Origin: Neoconidiobolus thromboides FSU 785
Lineage: Eukaryota; Fungi; Entomophthoromycota
Assembly (NCBI GenBank): GCA_025603075.1
Contig: MU626445.1
Coordinates: 1 to 37,877 of the forward strand
DNA: 37,877 bases
Direction of reading: 5' to 3'
Every line of letters begins with the position of its first letter. Within the stretch, counting starts at the first letter, position 1. Of the stretch, positions 22,992-34,250 are shown in pieces. The translations under genes were made by a program, and so were the position numbers. Below the pieces are notes generated by a model, which did no database searches, was not told the DNA's origin, and saw only the letters and a list, made by a program, of their open reading frames with translations.

Positions 22992-25485
22992 TTACCAAGG
23001 TAAAGGCCAAGAAAAAAGAATTTTATCTCTTAAAGCATGAATGCCTTTATTATTCCACTCTGCAAAATTAATAAACAATTCCTGGGTAATATCTAACTTT
23101 GCCATAACGGATGCTCCTTTCCACGCTAAATTTCTTGGATCCAAATCTCGAACTGAAGATAATACTTCAACATTACAATTATTGGGTGCAAAATGGCTCA
23201 ACTTTTCTTGTAATAGTTTATCAAATCCAGAAATTAAAGCTGCTCCACCACCTGTTACTACAATCGAAGTATACCATCTTCTTAATGTAGTTTCATCATT
23301 TGTACATGTTTTTATAGACTTGGCTATTGCTTGATCTAATCCTATGACTTCATCTGTTAAATTATGGCATACACTATCCTCCCCTTCAGTCACATTATTA
23401 TCTATGGTATTAATATCATCATCAGAGCCATTCTCCTCTTCTTCTGCAATATTAGCACCAGATAGTGGGGTCGAACCTTGGTTAGGTGTAGATATTACAT
23501 TTAATGTTGATTTTTTGTTAGCATTAGGTAAATTATGACCCTAAATTTTTTTATCATTAATTTAATATTATAATTATATTGTTTATTATATTACCTGATA
23601 TAACCTATCTAAAACACTATCTAACCATTGTTGAACATAACTTTTAATCCAAGGGCTTGATTTATTAATTGAATTTAATTTATCATTTAAATTGACATCC
23701 ATCATAATAGGATTAAACAATAACATTGGAGCAATAAAACCTTCATCATAAGACTTGATATCATATCTTAATGTAGCTTGATTATACTTTGGTACAAAAA
23801 AATGAAAAATCTGGACAGCTAATTCTAATTCATTATAGTTACTTAATATTTTTTTAAGTCCTTCGCCAATTTCCCAGCCTTCAAAAGTGTTGATTTTCAA
23901 TTCGGGATAAGGAAATTTCGATTTTAATAATAATTCAAATAATAGCTTCGTTATATCATCCCCTCCATATGGTAAAGAAATTCTTGATTTAGCTATTATA
24001 GCTCCATCTTCAACACAGCTGACATTGGTTCTTGTTGCTCCTATGTTAACTACACATGCCTGTGATAAACCAGCTCCAAAGGCAGCTGCAACGGATTCCT
24101 GTATTATAAAAATGGAATAAAACCCTAATGTATTTAAAATGATATCAATAGCATTTGTTAAATAAACGGAACAATAAGTATCTGGGATAACTAAACCAAC
24201 TGAATAACCCTAAATAAAATTTAAATTTTTAATGTTGATGTTAATTATTTATTTTTAATATAATTTTTTATTACCTCAAAATACTTTTTTTGTAATCCTA
24301 ATTCATTAATAATAGCATACTCCCATAAAGCTTCCAAATCACTTCGAACTTCCATAAGAGTAGTATAATCCACCGTATTTAATTTACCATATTTTATTGG
24401 ATATCTTGATAAATATTGTTTTTCAATATTATGTGAATTTAATACCTAAATGTAAAATTAAAAATATAAATTATAATATTATTAAAGTAAATATATTTAA
24501 TAATTACATCATTTCCAAAGATAACCTCTTCTTTCTTTTCATTTTGAAACCATTTTTCCCTTAATGGATCATTATGTTCTAATAACGGAGTTGGTTGAGT
24601 ACTTGAATTATAATTTTGTACTTGATTAATTGCATTATAAACTGGTTTTCTTTTAGCATTTTGTAATCGAGTTAATACTTCTTTTTCACCAACATCAATA
24701 GCTAGATTTAACTTTTTCTATTAATTATGTTAATAAAACTCATATTTTAAAAATAGATAAAATTAACAACTACCTCTTTTTCTTCTTCATCCTCGTCTTT
24801 GTTTTCTTTTTTGACTTGTTTTTTTAATTTCCTTGCAATGACATGCGGTACTTCTTTTGGAAATGGATCCGATACAAATCCCAATCTCAAATTTTTAGAA
24901 CCTGGATGAAATATAATACAATTTTCAGATATATCTAACTCAATTTCATGGCCATTCTATGTAAATAGAATTTAAAAAATTGATTAAAAATAACTATTTA
25001 AAATAGAATCTTACTTCATTAACAAAATAAGGCAAATTAGCCAATGTATTAGTTGGATCAGTAGCTCCATAGGTATCAATATGAGCATAACCAGATGTAA
25101 CGATTTTAGTAGAAATTGTTGGGAATACCGAAAAGCTAGTTAATTTAATTTTAGGTACAGCTCTTAAACTCAACTCCTCTTTTTTAACTTTTCTCTCTTC
25201 GATTTGGTGTTTGATTTTTTTGACTTGACTATTTAATTTTTCTTCTTTTGCACCATCATAATTATCTTTTGATTGATTGTAGTCATTGTCTCCAAGCTCA
25301 CCCTTTTTTGATTCTTCTGGATATAATCTCTTTTCTTCACGAAAATTCGATTTTTTATTTTCTTCAACGGGTAATTCTAAATCCGAACTATAAGAGTCAC
25401 CTCCTACTTCTTTTTCATATTTAGTTACACCTTTGTCATCTTCTTCAGACGTTATAGTGTTACTATCACTATCTTTAGGTTCCAT
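22992..25485 (-). CDS. ARP8: Actin-related protein 8 (INO80 complex), multi-exon
   Basis: HPGSKNLRLGFVSDPFPKEVPHVIARK, YPIKYGKFNT, LVIPD, IQESVAAAFGAGLSQACVVNIGATRTNVSCVEDG, LPYGGDDITK, IVVTGGGA, DLDPRNLAWKGASVMAKLDITQELFINFAEW; likely ATG at 25483-25485. Confidence 0.92.
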
Positions 25486-25719
25486 CACAAATATATCAAA
25501 AAAAATCAAGAATGTGATGCTTTAATTTTTGTAATTGAACCAACCAATGAAGTCATCCCTTTTTACTAGTCCAATTTTATTGTTAATTGAACATAAAGCC
25601 AAAATTATCATCTTAAAAGTTGACTGAGAATTCTAATTTCCATCTATTTTAGCAACTTTTTGTGCAGTCTTTTAAAAGTTGTTATTTTCGTTATGTGGAA
25701 AAGAAAGGATAAACAAAAT

Positions 25720-25812
25720 GGGGATATATTTTGATGTTTAAGAATTTTACTAACAATTTTTCCACTCAAATAGTACTTAATGGAAAAGTAATAAAGTCAA
25801 AAAAACATCCCC
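25720..25812 (+). mobile_element. MITE copy 4 with asymmetric AAAT TSD
   Basis: GGGGATATATTTT...AAAAAACATCCCC flanked by AAAT at 25716-25719 and 25813-25816. Confidence 0.9.
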
Positions 25813-27481
25813 AAATAGTTTAATAAATAGGAGTTGAATTGTATTGAATTTCCTTAGTTTTTTATCATAATTTACTTGGGCTATTACCAATTAAAAATAA
25901 ATGTAGTAAAACAGTAGTGTTTCATAGGATTTTAACAAACATTTAAATAGATAAGACTTTAAACTATACTTTTTGTTAAATTTTGGACTTATAGTCATTA
26001 TATCTCTTTTTAAAATATGGTGATGGTTTTTATAGTCAATTATTTGTCTAATTGTTCTTATTAAAGCCCAATTCTTATTTGTAGCCAAATTTTAGCAAAA
26101 ATCGTACTCTCAAATGAACATTTAAAACTAAAAAAGCTGTAGTAGCTGTATTTGAGTATAATTTTTGCACAAATCAAGTATCAAAATAACAAAAATAGTA
26201 AAAATAACTTAATATTTTTGAATATATAAATAATTTACAAATAGTCGTAGCGTTTTAATATACACATTGTTAATTAATATGAATTACTATAACCGAGAAT
26301 ATCTTAGCTGGTTTTATGTACAATAGTTTCATTTAACTCTCAATAACATCTTAATAAAATATATGTGAATGTTTTTACTAGCTGTCGTTTTTGCTATTTA
26401 AAATCAAAATGGATAATGTTTGTATTTTATGACTTATACAACTTTAGTTTTAAAATAAATGTTCCAATCGAAAAAAACTAAGTTAATTTTTATTGAAAGT
26501 TGCAATAACAATAGATTCATTTTCAATTTGACCAATAAGATCCAATAAAATTATTAAAAATTGACTTTGATTTTTTAACTATCCTTTTGTAAAACATGGG
26601 CCAAAAAGTTCATATGAAGGTTATATAAAGGTAGGAGGAGCAATAACCCATAAAATATGCAACATTTAAAAACCCTCCATAAATATTTTTAACCCAAATT
26701 CAACTTATTATTATCCCGTTCAGTTAATTTTTGAATTTTTGAAGTAGCAAAAAAAGGAGAATTAGAAAAAATATTCTTATGTTTTTTAAAATTCTAATCA
26801 CACAGGTATTATAGACCAATTGTACAGCAGACTAGCTCTATTCATTTAAGAATAAAATTTTAGATATAAATTTTGCTAAAGCTTGAGAGTCACCCAGTTT
26901 GAAAAAAGCAAGTGAACAAATAGTAGCCGAATAAATTTTTCAAAAAATTGCATATTTGAGTTTTAACAGTTGTATAATTCTGGGTATTGCACCTTAAATT
27001 TTTATAACAGAAAATTACTCAATATAAATAATGTTTCAAAATTATGGATTTTGAACAAGGGGTATAAAAAATTATATTAGCTCTATTTTATCAAATATTT
27101 GTAGTGTTTTAAAAATGCTTTTCAATACTAAAGTATTGCACGAGACGAGGATTTATAACTATAACTATATTACTTGTAGTATATTTAAAGCTTTATATAT
27201 TATATAGGCTGAAAGCTTTAAATTATCGGAAATAGTAAAAAAATATTATCTAATGCAGAGTTCTTAAAAAGGGCCGCTTTTTGGAACCTAATAGCTAAAA
27301 ATAAAGTTATTAACCAAGTATAGTAACAACCATCCCATATTTCAATAAATTAAAGATTAAAAAAGTAATTTTAATAAGAAAATTTAAGGTAAATAATAGC
27401 CTACTGATTATTGTGAATTAATTGTAAAAATAATAGAAGTGACTAAAGAATTAAAAATTACAAATCTTTTTTTAAAAAATA

Positions 27482-28942
27482 ATGATTTTATTACTAATCC
27501 AACTAACAATTCAATTTAATTCTATTATTTTTGCTACAAATGCTCCAAAATTATATGCTGGAGGATGTGGAATCTATAATGATGTAATATATTACGCTGG
27601 TGGGATAGTTGATCCAGATGGTACGAATTCCAAGCATGACTTTAATTACAATGTCTATTCATTAAAACTCAAAGATGGCTTCAGTTTAGATGACAATAAT
27701 AACGCTCCATGGCAAATAACATCCAATGGTGGAGGACCAATCTCCGATTTTAGTAGTGTAGTAGTTAACGCTCGAAATGCGAGTTTATTTGTAGTAGGAG
27801 GCAAAAACAGGAAAAAGGAAGATAGTTTTAAAAAGTTTAATTTAGGAGATAACATATGGAAATCCAATCAAGTAACAGTCGATACCTTTCCAGCACCTGA
27901 TAAATTAGTAGCTGGTGATGAAATGAATTATGCCTATTATTTATCAACTTTAACTCAAGATAGTAACAATAAAAATTTATACTTTCATTTTGGAGGGGTT
28001 ACTGCATATCCTAATATGACTTTAGTTGATGGTAGAAAGGGTTTATCACTATTAAATGCAGTAGATGGCACATGGAATAAATTAAATGATGGACCAGAAT
28101 ATGTATCTGATCATACAGCAGCAGTATATGAAAGCAAATTATATATTGTCGGTGGCAATAATCCTTATACTGTTAAAGTAAGGCCAATGGATAAAATATT
28201 AGTATACGATTATCCTTCTAGTTCTTGGAGCAATATGACAGCAAAAGGAGATATACCTGAGCCACGATTTGGTCATTCTTCTGTAGTAATTGGTAGTAAA
28301 ATGATTATTGCAGGAGGTAGTCTCACTCCTAAATTTGATTCTTTTCCAATATCTTCCATCTATTCATTGGAACTAAAAAATTCGGCATTAGTTTATACAG
28401 AACACAAAGTCAGTAATTTTTTTAATGCTTATTTAGGATCCTTATCATATTATAATGATCATCTAATTTATACCTTTGGTTTTCATACTGGTAATATTTT
28501 ATCGAATACTCAGGTTGTAAATATAAAAGGAAATGAATGGAACCTTGTAAAATCATTACCTGCTAATACCGATAACTCTGGAAATAATCCAACTGACTTA
28601 AGTGAATCAAAGGCTAGAGGCTCAGATCTGGCTGCTATTATAGGCGGATCTATTGGTGGACTATTAGGTTTAATTATTATTGTAGTTATAATATGGTATG
28701 TTTTTAAAAAGAAATCAAAGGCAAATAATGAGGAAAACTTATCACATAGTAACAATAATAATAATGATGAGGAGTTGGGACCACCAGCTCTTTTACAAGG
28801 GAACGTATGGACCCCAACAAAACCAGGAGAATTAAAAGAAGCCAACTTTACGTTAAATACTGACACAATGTTACCTGGTTTTGATGATGATTTAACTCAT
28901 CCTAGCCAAAATTCATGGAATGGAAATACTAACACCAGATAA
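27482..28942 (+). CDS. Kelch beta-propeller single-pass membrane protein (paralog B), 486 aa, intronless
   Basis: Colinear and highly similar to 3549-4976 (same signal peptide, Kelch repeats, TM helix and tail ending NTNTR), in the opposite orientation. Confidence 0.9.
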   Translation: MILLLIQLTIQFNSIIFATNAPKLYAGGCGIYNDVIYYAGGIVDPDGTNSKHDFNYNVYSLKLKDGFSLDDNNNAPWQITSNGGGPISDFSSVVVNARNASLFVVGGKNRKKEDSFKKFNLGDNIWKSNQVTVDTFPAPDKLVAGDEMNYAYYLSTLTQDSNNKNLYFHFGGVTAYPNMTLVDGRKGLSLLNAVDGTWNKLNDGPEYVSDHTAAVYESKLYIVGGNNPYTVKVRPMDKILVYDYPSSSWSNMTAKGDIPEPRFGHSSVVIGSKMIIAGGSLTPKFDSFPISSIYSLELKNSALVYTEHKVSNFFNAYLGSLSYYNDHLIYTFGFHTGNILSNTQVVNIKGNEWNLVKSLPANTDNSGNNPTDLSESKARGSDLAAIIGGSIGGLLGLIIIVVIIWYVFKKKSKANNEENLSHSNNNNNDEELGPPALLQGNVWTPTKPGELKEANFTLNTDTMLPGFDDDLTHPSQNSWNGNTNTR

Positions 28943-29605
28943 GTTACTGATGCTAAGTTTTACTGTTATTCATTTTATTGAAATTAATAAACTAATTATT
29001 TTATTAACTATTTATCTAAAACCATTTTGCTAGTACTTATTTCTTTTATACTAATGTAACACTAACCGCAGCATTTAATACATGTACTTAAATAGTGTAA
29101 GGATTTATTTTTTTAATTATAAACAAAAGAATGTGTAATATAATATATAATTTTAGCTAATCAATATACATTTTAGAGTAAACAAATCCAGCAACCTAAC
29201 TATAAGAAAGTATATAACAAAAATATCTTTTACGGCCATTTCATCATATGATAAAATGTCTAATATATTTAACAATTTAACAATTTAATCTTCAATATCT
29301 ATAATATAGAGTACTTTGCAAAAAACTATCTATGAATATTTTAAATATTTTTACAAGGATTTGTCGACTTTTGATAAATAATTTTATAAAGAAAGTTACC
29401 AGAGAATCAATAACAAAAGAAACTGAAACGTAAGAATTCAAAGAAGGTTTTAACAAGTAAATCCATATAACAAGCTATCGCTATAAAATCAACATAAGTC
29501 AAATTCAATGGGTTTTAGATAAATTTTAAGCGATGAGTACAAAGATCAAGTAAATTTCCAATGACTATATCAATTTTCTCTTGTTAGAGGAAGTCATATC
29601 AATAT

Positions 29606-29702
29606 GGTGATGTATTTTTTCGTTTAAGAATTTTACTAACAATCTTCCCACTCGAATAGCGCTTAAAAATGGAAAAAGCAATGAAGACAAAAAAAGATCC
29701 CC
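29606..29702 (+). mobile_element. MITE copy 5 (GGTG end variant), ATAT TSD
   Basis: GGTGATGTATTTTTT...AAAAAAAGATCCCC; ATAT at 29602-29605 and 29703-29706. Confidence 0.9.
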
Positions 29703-30726
29703 ATATAATGAATTAGCTATTATAGAAATGAAATAATACCCCTATAAAAAAAGGATTAGAGTTTTAGAACTTCAACTAGCTATACATTTAGAGTATTAAA
29801 TATAGTCAGGGGAATGTATCGGGTTGCAAAATAGCAAAAAAGCAAAAATGATAACTTTCATAAAGGTGATTGAAAAATAGAATGCCTACCACTTAAGTGG
29901 CGTCCTTATTTTTTGAAGTTTGGACAAGTACCATTATCATTATTCAAAAACAAAGAGGTTAAAACTGAGGCAAAAAATTTTGAAATACGGTTTAAGAACA
30001 TGAATATTGATAATACATTTGATTAAAATTTTATAAAAACGATATAAATGAAAGCATATGATAAGATCATTATGATTTTTTTAAACACCTTAGTTATTGA
30101 TTATTCATATTTTCACATTTAAGGTCAAAAGAGAGGTTACTATTGTTAAAGCGGATTACTTAAACTAGTAAAATATTTACACTAACGCTTTTTATATCCA
30201 ATGGAATTTTAATTACTACTACTATTTCAGCTCATCTGCGAAAGCTCTAGTTATGTGTTTAGGAGTAAAAGCTTTTCTGAAACTTATCTAAATATACGGA
30301 TTGTATTTTAAAAATTATATAATCAAATAAGTTGACTATAAAAGCTATCGCCAAGTATTTCTCAAAAGAGTTGGAACAGCTGCATAACAGAGCGTTTTAT
30401 TACTATATCAGATGTATTAAGTAATGATATGAAAATACCCTGAAATAAATAAACATGACTTTAAAAAGAACAGCTGCTATGCTAGTTCATTTTATTTTAC
30501 TTATTTTAAAATAATATCTTCTTAATTTAGTCATCATAGTCACTATTTGTTAGCATTTAATCCAATAAATTGTTAGAAAATTTGAAATTATACTATAAAA
30601 AGCAATTATTTGAAATAAACTGAAAACAATATGACTTATAATAAGACTTAGCACATTTTTATTATATTCAGGTAATAAAAAATAGTATAAAAGGAAGTCA
30701 TAGATACCCCTTTACTTTATCTTAAT

Positions 30727-31332
30727 ATGAAATTTGCATATCTTTACAACTTAGCTCTTTCCGGATTAACTATTGCTCCGGTGTTTTCTGCTGCTATATC
30801 TGAGGCTACTGAATTAAAGGCTAATAAAGCAACCACCGTAAAACTTACATATTACTGGGTTGCGGATGAGAATGATTTCCCATTGGGGAGTGAAGCTACT
30901 ATCAACAACTGCAATGGAGGTGTATTAGCAAGGGTATCGCGTGAATATTGGGAACAGGTACATATAGAAGGAAGTGGAAAATTAAGGAATGGGGATTTCA
31001 TTAATTGTGGTAATGATGATTGTAGCTGCTTTACCAAAAGTAAACCAGTAGGAAGCAATGGCGATGAATTAGAGATTTATACATCCTTAGCAGCAATTGA
31101 TCATAAAATTGGTACTAAAGTGTTTCTTAAGGATTTTGCTAACTTTGTATTACCAAATGGTAAAAAGCATAATGGTTGTTTTAAAATTTTAGATGTAGGC
31201 TGGTCCCTTGGAAATAACCATATTGACTTATATGTCCAGGATAGAAAGAATTATGAAAAAATTCAAGAGACGTTTGATGCTGATAATGTTTTAGTCCAAT
31301 TTGACTCCAGTTGCACTGTCTTAAAATACTAA
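30727..31332 (+). CDS. Secreted protein with a 3D (MltA-type) double-psi beta-barrel domain, lytic-transglycosylase-like (paralog 1), 201 aa
   Basis: Signal peptide; VKLTYYW; TSLAAIDHKIGTKVFL...LPNGKKHNGCFKILDVGWSLGNNHIDLYV matches the MltA/3D pattern (LDVG..HxD). TATAAAA at 30686-30692. Confidence 0.8.
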   Translation: MKFAYLYNLALSGLTIAPVFSAAISEATELKANKATTVKLTYYWVADENDFPLGSEATINNCNGGVLARVSREYWEQVHIEGSGKLRNGDFINCGNDDCSCFTKSKPVGSNGDELEIYTSLAAIDHKIGTKVFLKDFANFVLPNGKKHNGCFKILDVGWSLGNNHIDLYVQDRKNYEKIQETFDADNVLVQFDSSCTVLKY

Positions 31333-31654
31333 TTTATGATCTTAATAATATTTTGAATGAACTTTGTATATGACAAAATAATAAATCATCTGATCAACTA
31401 GCATAGTTTTTTACTCTATAGGCTATACCCATGACTTTTTAAATTTACATTAAGTTATTAAATGAATTTCTTAAAACCATCAAAGGTGTTTATAAAACAC
31501 CTTTTCTTGAGCAAGGAAATCTTCAATTGTGCTTTGTGAAATTTGAATTTTGTTGAAGAATTAATATTTTTTAGATTTTATTACTTTGAGAAGCTTTTTT
31601 TACAATATGGTAACATTCTTTATAAAGAAATCGGATATTGTTTAAACAAGATAT

Positions 31655-31689
31655 GGGGATGTTTCTTTTGATTTCATTGATACATTCTC
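31655..31689 (-). mobile_element. MITE copy 6, internally deleted 35-bp minimal copy
   Basis: ATAT-GGGGATGTTTCTTTTGATTTCATTGATACATTCTC-ATAT: both end types are joined with the interior lost. Confidence 0.7.
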
Positions 31690-31730
31690 ATATGTTAATT
31701 TTGAAGTTTTAGCAAGCAGAAAAACGATAT

Positions 31731-31829
31731 GGGGATGTATTTTTTCATTCAAGAATTTTGTTAACAACCTTTCCACTTAAATAGCGTTTAAAAGATGGAA
31801 AAAGTAATGAAATCAAAAAAAACATCCCC
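31731..31829 (+). mobile_element. MITE copy 7
   Basis: GGGGATGTATTTTTT...AAAAAAAACATCCCC; ATAT at 31727-31730 and 31830-31833, the latter shared with copy 8. Confidence 0.92.
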
Positions 31830-31833
31830 ATAT

Positions 31834-31927
31834 GGTGATGTATTTTTTTTAAAGAATTTACTAGCAAGTTTTTCCACCTAAATAGTGCCTAAAAAATAAA
31901 AAGTAACGAAGCCAAAAAAAACACCCC
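31834..31927 (+). mobile_element. MITE copy 8 (GGTG variant), tandem with copy 7
   Basis: GGTGATGTATTTTT...AAAAAAAACACCCC; ATAT at 31928-31931. Confidence 0.9.
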
Positions 31928-32387
31928 ATATTGTCCTCTGAAACTAGCAATGCCAAATCAATCACAAGTAGCATACACTTCAAATCATGAGGTTTTAGGT
32001 CCGCGATTAAAGTATGAAGAAGCATCCTAAAAAAATGACAATGCTATTTTCAAGCTAGTAGTCCTTTGAGGATGTACAAAAAAAGCCTTAGCATAATACA
32101 GATTACACACCTCTTTTAGCATATACTTCTCTGCGGCAGCATTTATTAAATCAATAAAATGAAGATGAGAGGCTAGTTAGAGGAATACAGTTTATTACAA
32201 TCAATTGTATAACTATCAATTAGCTAGTGGAAACACTGGAACAATATCGACTAACTGTAAGGTGTTCGCCTATCAACAATAAAGAGAAAAAATAGTTATT
32301 TAGTAGATATGACAAACATTTATTTCATATTTTTGTATAATCGTTATTATTAGTAGCATATAAACAAAGCCTGAAATAGTACTTACA

Positions 32388-33590
32388 TTAAAGATAAAAT
32401 CTAGAATCATTTTTATAATTTTTCAATAAAACGTTATAGTTTATAAATTTAGAAAATCTTATGTTTTCAAAACTAATTAACGTAAAATTAATAAAAACAT
32501 TTAAATTTGAATATCTAATACAGCTAAATTTGGCTTTGGTTAAGGAGGAGTCATTTATTGTTTTATAGATTGTAAGTAGTAGGTCGGCTTCAGATTTACG
32601 GTTTATCATTTCAAGATTATATAGGCAAAAGCATGGCGTGCGTAAAAAATTCAAAAAATCAACTTATAAAGTTGAGCTTCTAATCCATAGAGTTGTTATA
32701 TTATTGATATTCTTTGGGTAAGCTTCTTTAATTAAAAAGGATAGGTTAAAAGTCTCCGTTAAGCTCAAATAAGTGATTATTGGTATACCAAGTATAGAAT
32801 ATAAATGCTTACATGAAATATTTTTGCAAGTCACTAAACTTAGTTAATTCAATAGAAATACCTTGCTTTTTACAGTTACTTCAGTTATACCAATATCAGT
32901 TGCAGTTGGTTTTTTTAAATCCAATACTCCATTAAATACTAATTTGAAACAATCTGTAATGTAAGGTATATCAAGCTTTGTATAGTTGTTAAAATTTGCT
33001 TTTATTTTTTTCGAAGTGTTTGTATGTACGTATTCGATATAGAATTTAGTTAATTGAGAGAACTGTTTGTTAAATAAAAAATTGAGTTTACTTGAAGCCA
33101 TGTTAATACGATATAACTTAAGTTCTTAAGTTGTTGAATTTATTAATAGCTTCTTGAAGAACCTATCACAGCTGTATAGCTAATATTGGGTTTCTAATGA
33201 TACAATGATTAGTGATAGATATGGTATTATTGAGATTGTAAAATAGAAGCTTGGATAACTAACTTCTAAATGGCCCAAATCTTGAAATATTTTTTCAATA
33301 AAAAGTTTGGTACTATTTGGGCATACTAAATGATGAATTAACGAAATTAGCAATGACCTAAGATCCAAATGTTTAACGTAATAGTGATATTTCTTAAAGC
33401 CATGGTAGACTTCTTTTTCATCGTTGTGATCGTGGTAGTGCCTTAGGTTTCCATTTTACCACAAGATACACACTACTAATTTGCTCCATTCTTTGCAGTA
33501 TAAAGTCAGATTGACTTTTTCTTTGTTTAATGGATGATACATTATATCTTCAATTAAACATCTTTTCGAGACTCTCAAATTTAAAATTAC
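32388..33590 (-). pseudogene. Decayed ~400-codon ORF, MULE/Mutator-transposase-like (CxnC..HxH motif and SWIM-like CKH motif)
   Basis: Track ORFs 33180-33368, 32844-33101 and 32388-32654 are all in one frame, separated only by single stops. Upstream reads YCKEWSKLVVCILW*NGNLRHYHDHN; downstream reads VTC-KNISCKHLYSIL. Candidate DDE aspartates YSCD and YITD are ~70 aa apart. Confidence 0.4.
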
Positions 33591-34250
33591 TCATTGTCAT
33601 TAAACTCAAAGAAGTACGAGAAGCTGTTATATGCTTCTTATATTTTAACATGTTAAAATAGTAAATAGGTTGCTTCATGATAAATCCTAATCCAACATTT
33701 TAAATATATTTAATATAAAGTATGACTATATTATGAAAGTAAGTTTCACAGCTTTGTGAATAAAAGACAAAGTAATTTTATCAAATATTTACTGAAAACG
33801 TTAATAGTTTTGATTTCAGTCATTAGCATCTATTTAAACATACTTAATGTTTATAGAGGTTAAATCACTTTTTTTGGCAAGCATTTTCAAATACTGATAT
33901 CCATAGCCAATCTCTATGTGGTTAAAAATATCTCATTATTATTTGTCTTATAAATATCTCCCTAGGCAAATTTAGTTTATTAGTAAAAATATGGAGGTTC
34001 TAGTTAAAATTTTATATAGTATTAAGTAGAACTTTTTTTGTGTAAAACCAAATATATAAAGGAAAAGGTTACAACAGTGTATGGTTTTGCTTAAATTAAC
34101 GTTGCAATTAGTGACTTTTATTGGATTTTTTAATAAGAAATATAATAGGGTATTGATTATATCAATATCTGATATGTTTCAAATTATTGACAATGTTTTA
34201 AATTTGAATAGCTATGTTACAAAAGATAGTTATGATTTAAAATACGATAT

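Noticed and set aside
26094-26170. Imperfect hairpin GCAAAAATCGTACTCTCAAAT / ATTTGAGTATAATTTTTGC
   Set aside because: Short and AT-rich with indels, and no second copy in the window; could be chance.
26580-27000. Possible Tc1/mariner transposase remnant
   Set aside because: Only vague similarity to the WPxxSPDLNPIE region with no sustained frame; part of it is explained as Kelch promoter homology.
29330-29570. Possible degenerate coding fragment downstream of Kelch paralog B
   Set aside because: No motif or long frame; indistinguishable from random AT-rich sequence by eye.
31651-31931. Repeat-spacer-repeat pattern resembling a CRISPR array
   Set aside because: The repeats are MITE TIRs and whole elements in a eukaryotic locus; there are no unique regular spacers or cas genes.
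31940-32290. GC-richer stretch that reads like a decayed plus-strand ORF (..GCTKKALA*YRLHTSF..YNYQLASGNTGTISTNC..)
   Set aside because: Many stops and no recognisable family; cannot be supported without a search.
32388-33590. Alternative genetic code (TAA/TAG read as sense) as the explanation for in-frame stops
   Set aside because: All intact genes in the window terminate at TAA and have no internal TAA/TAG; pseudogenisation is simpler.
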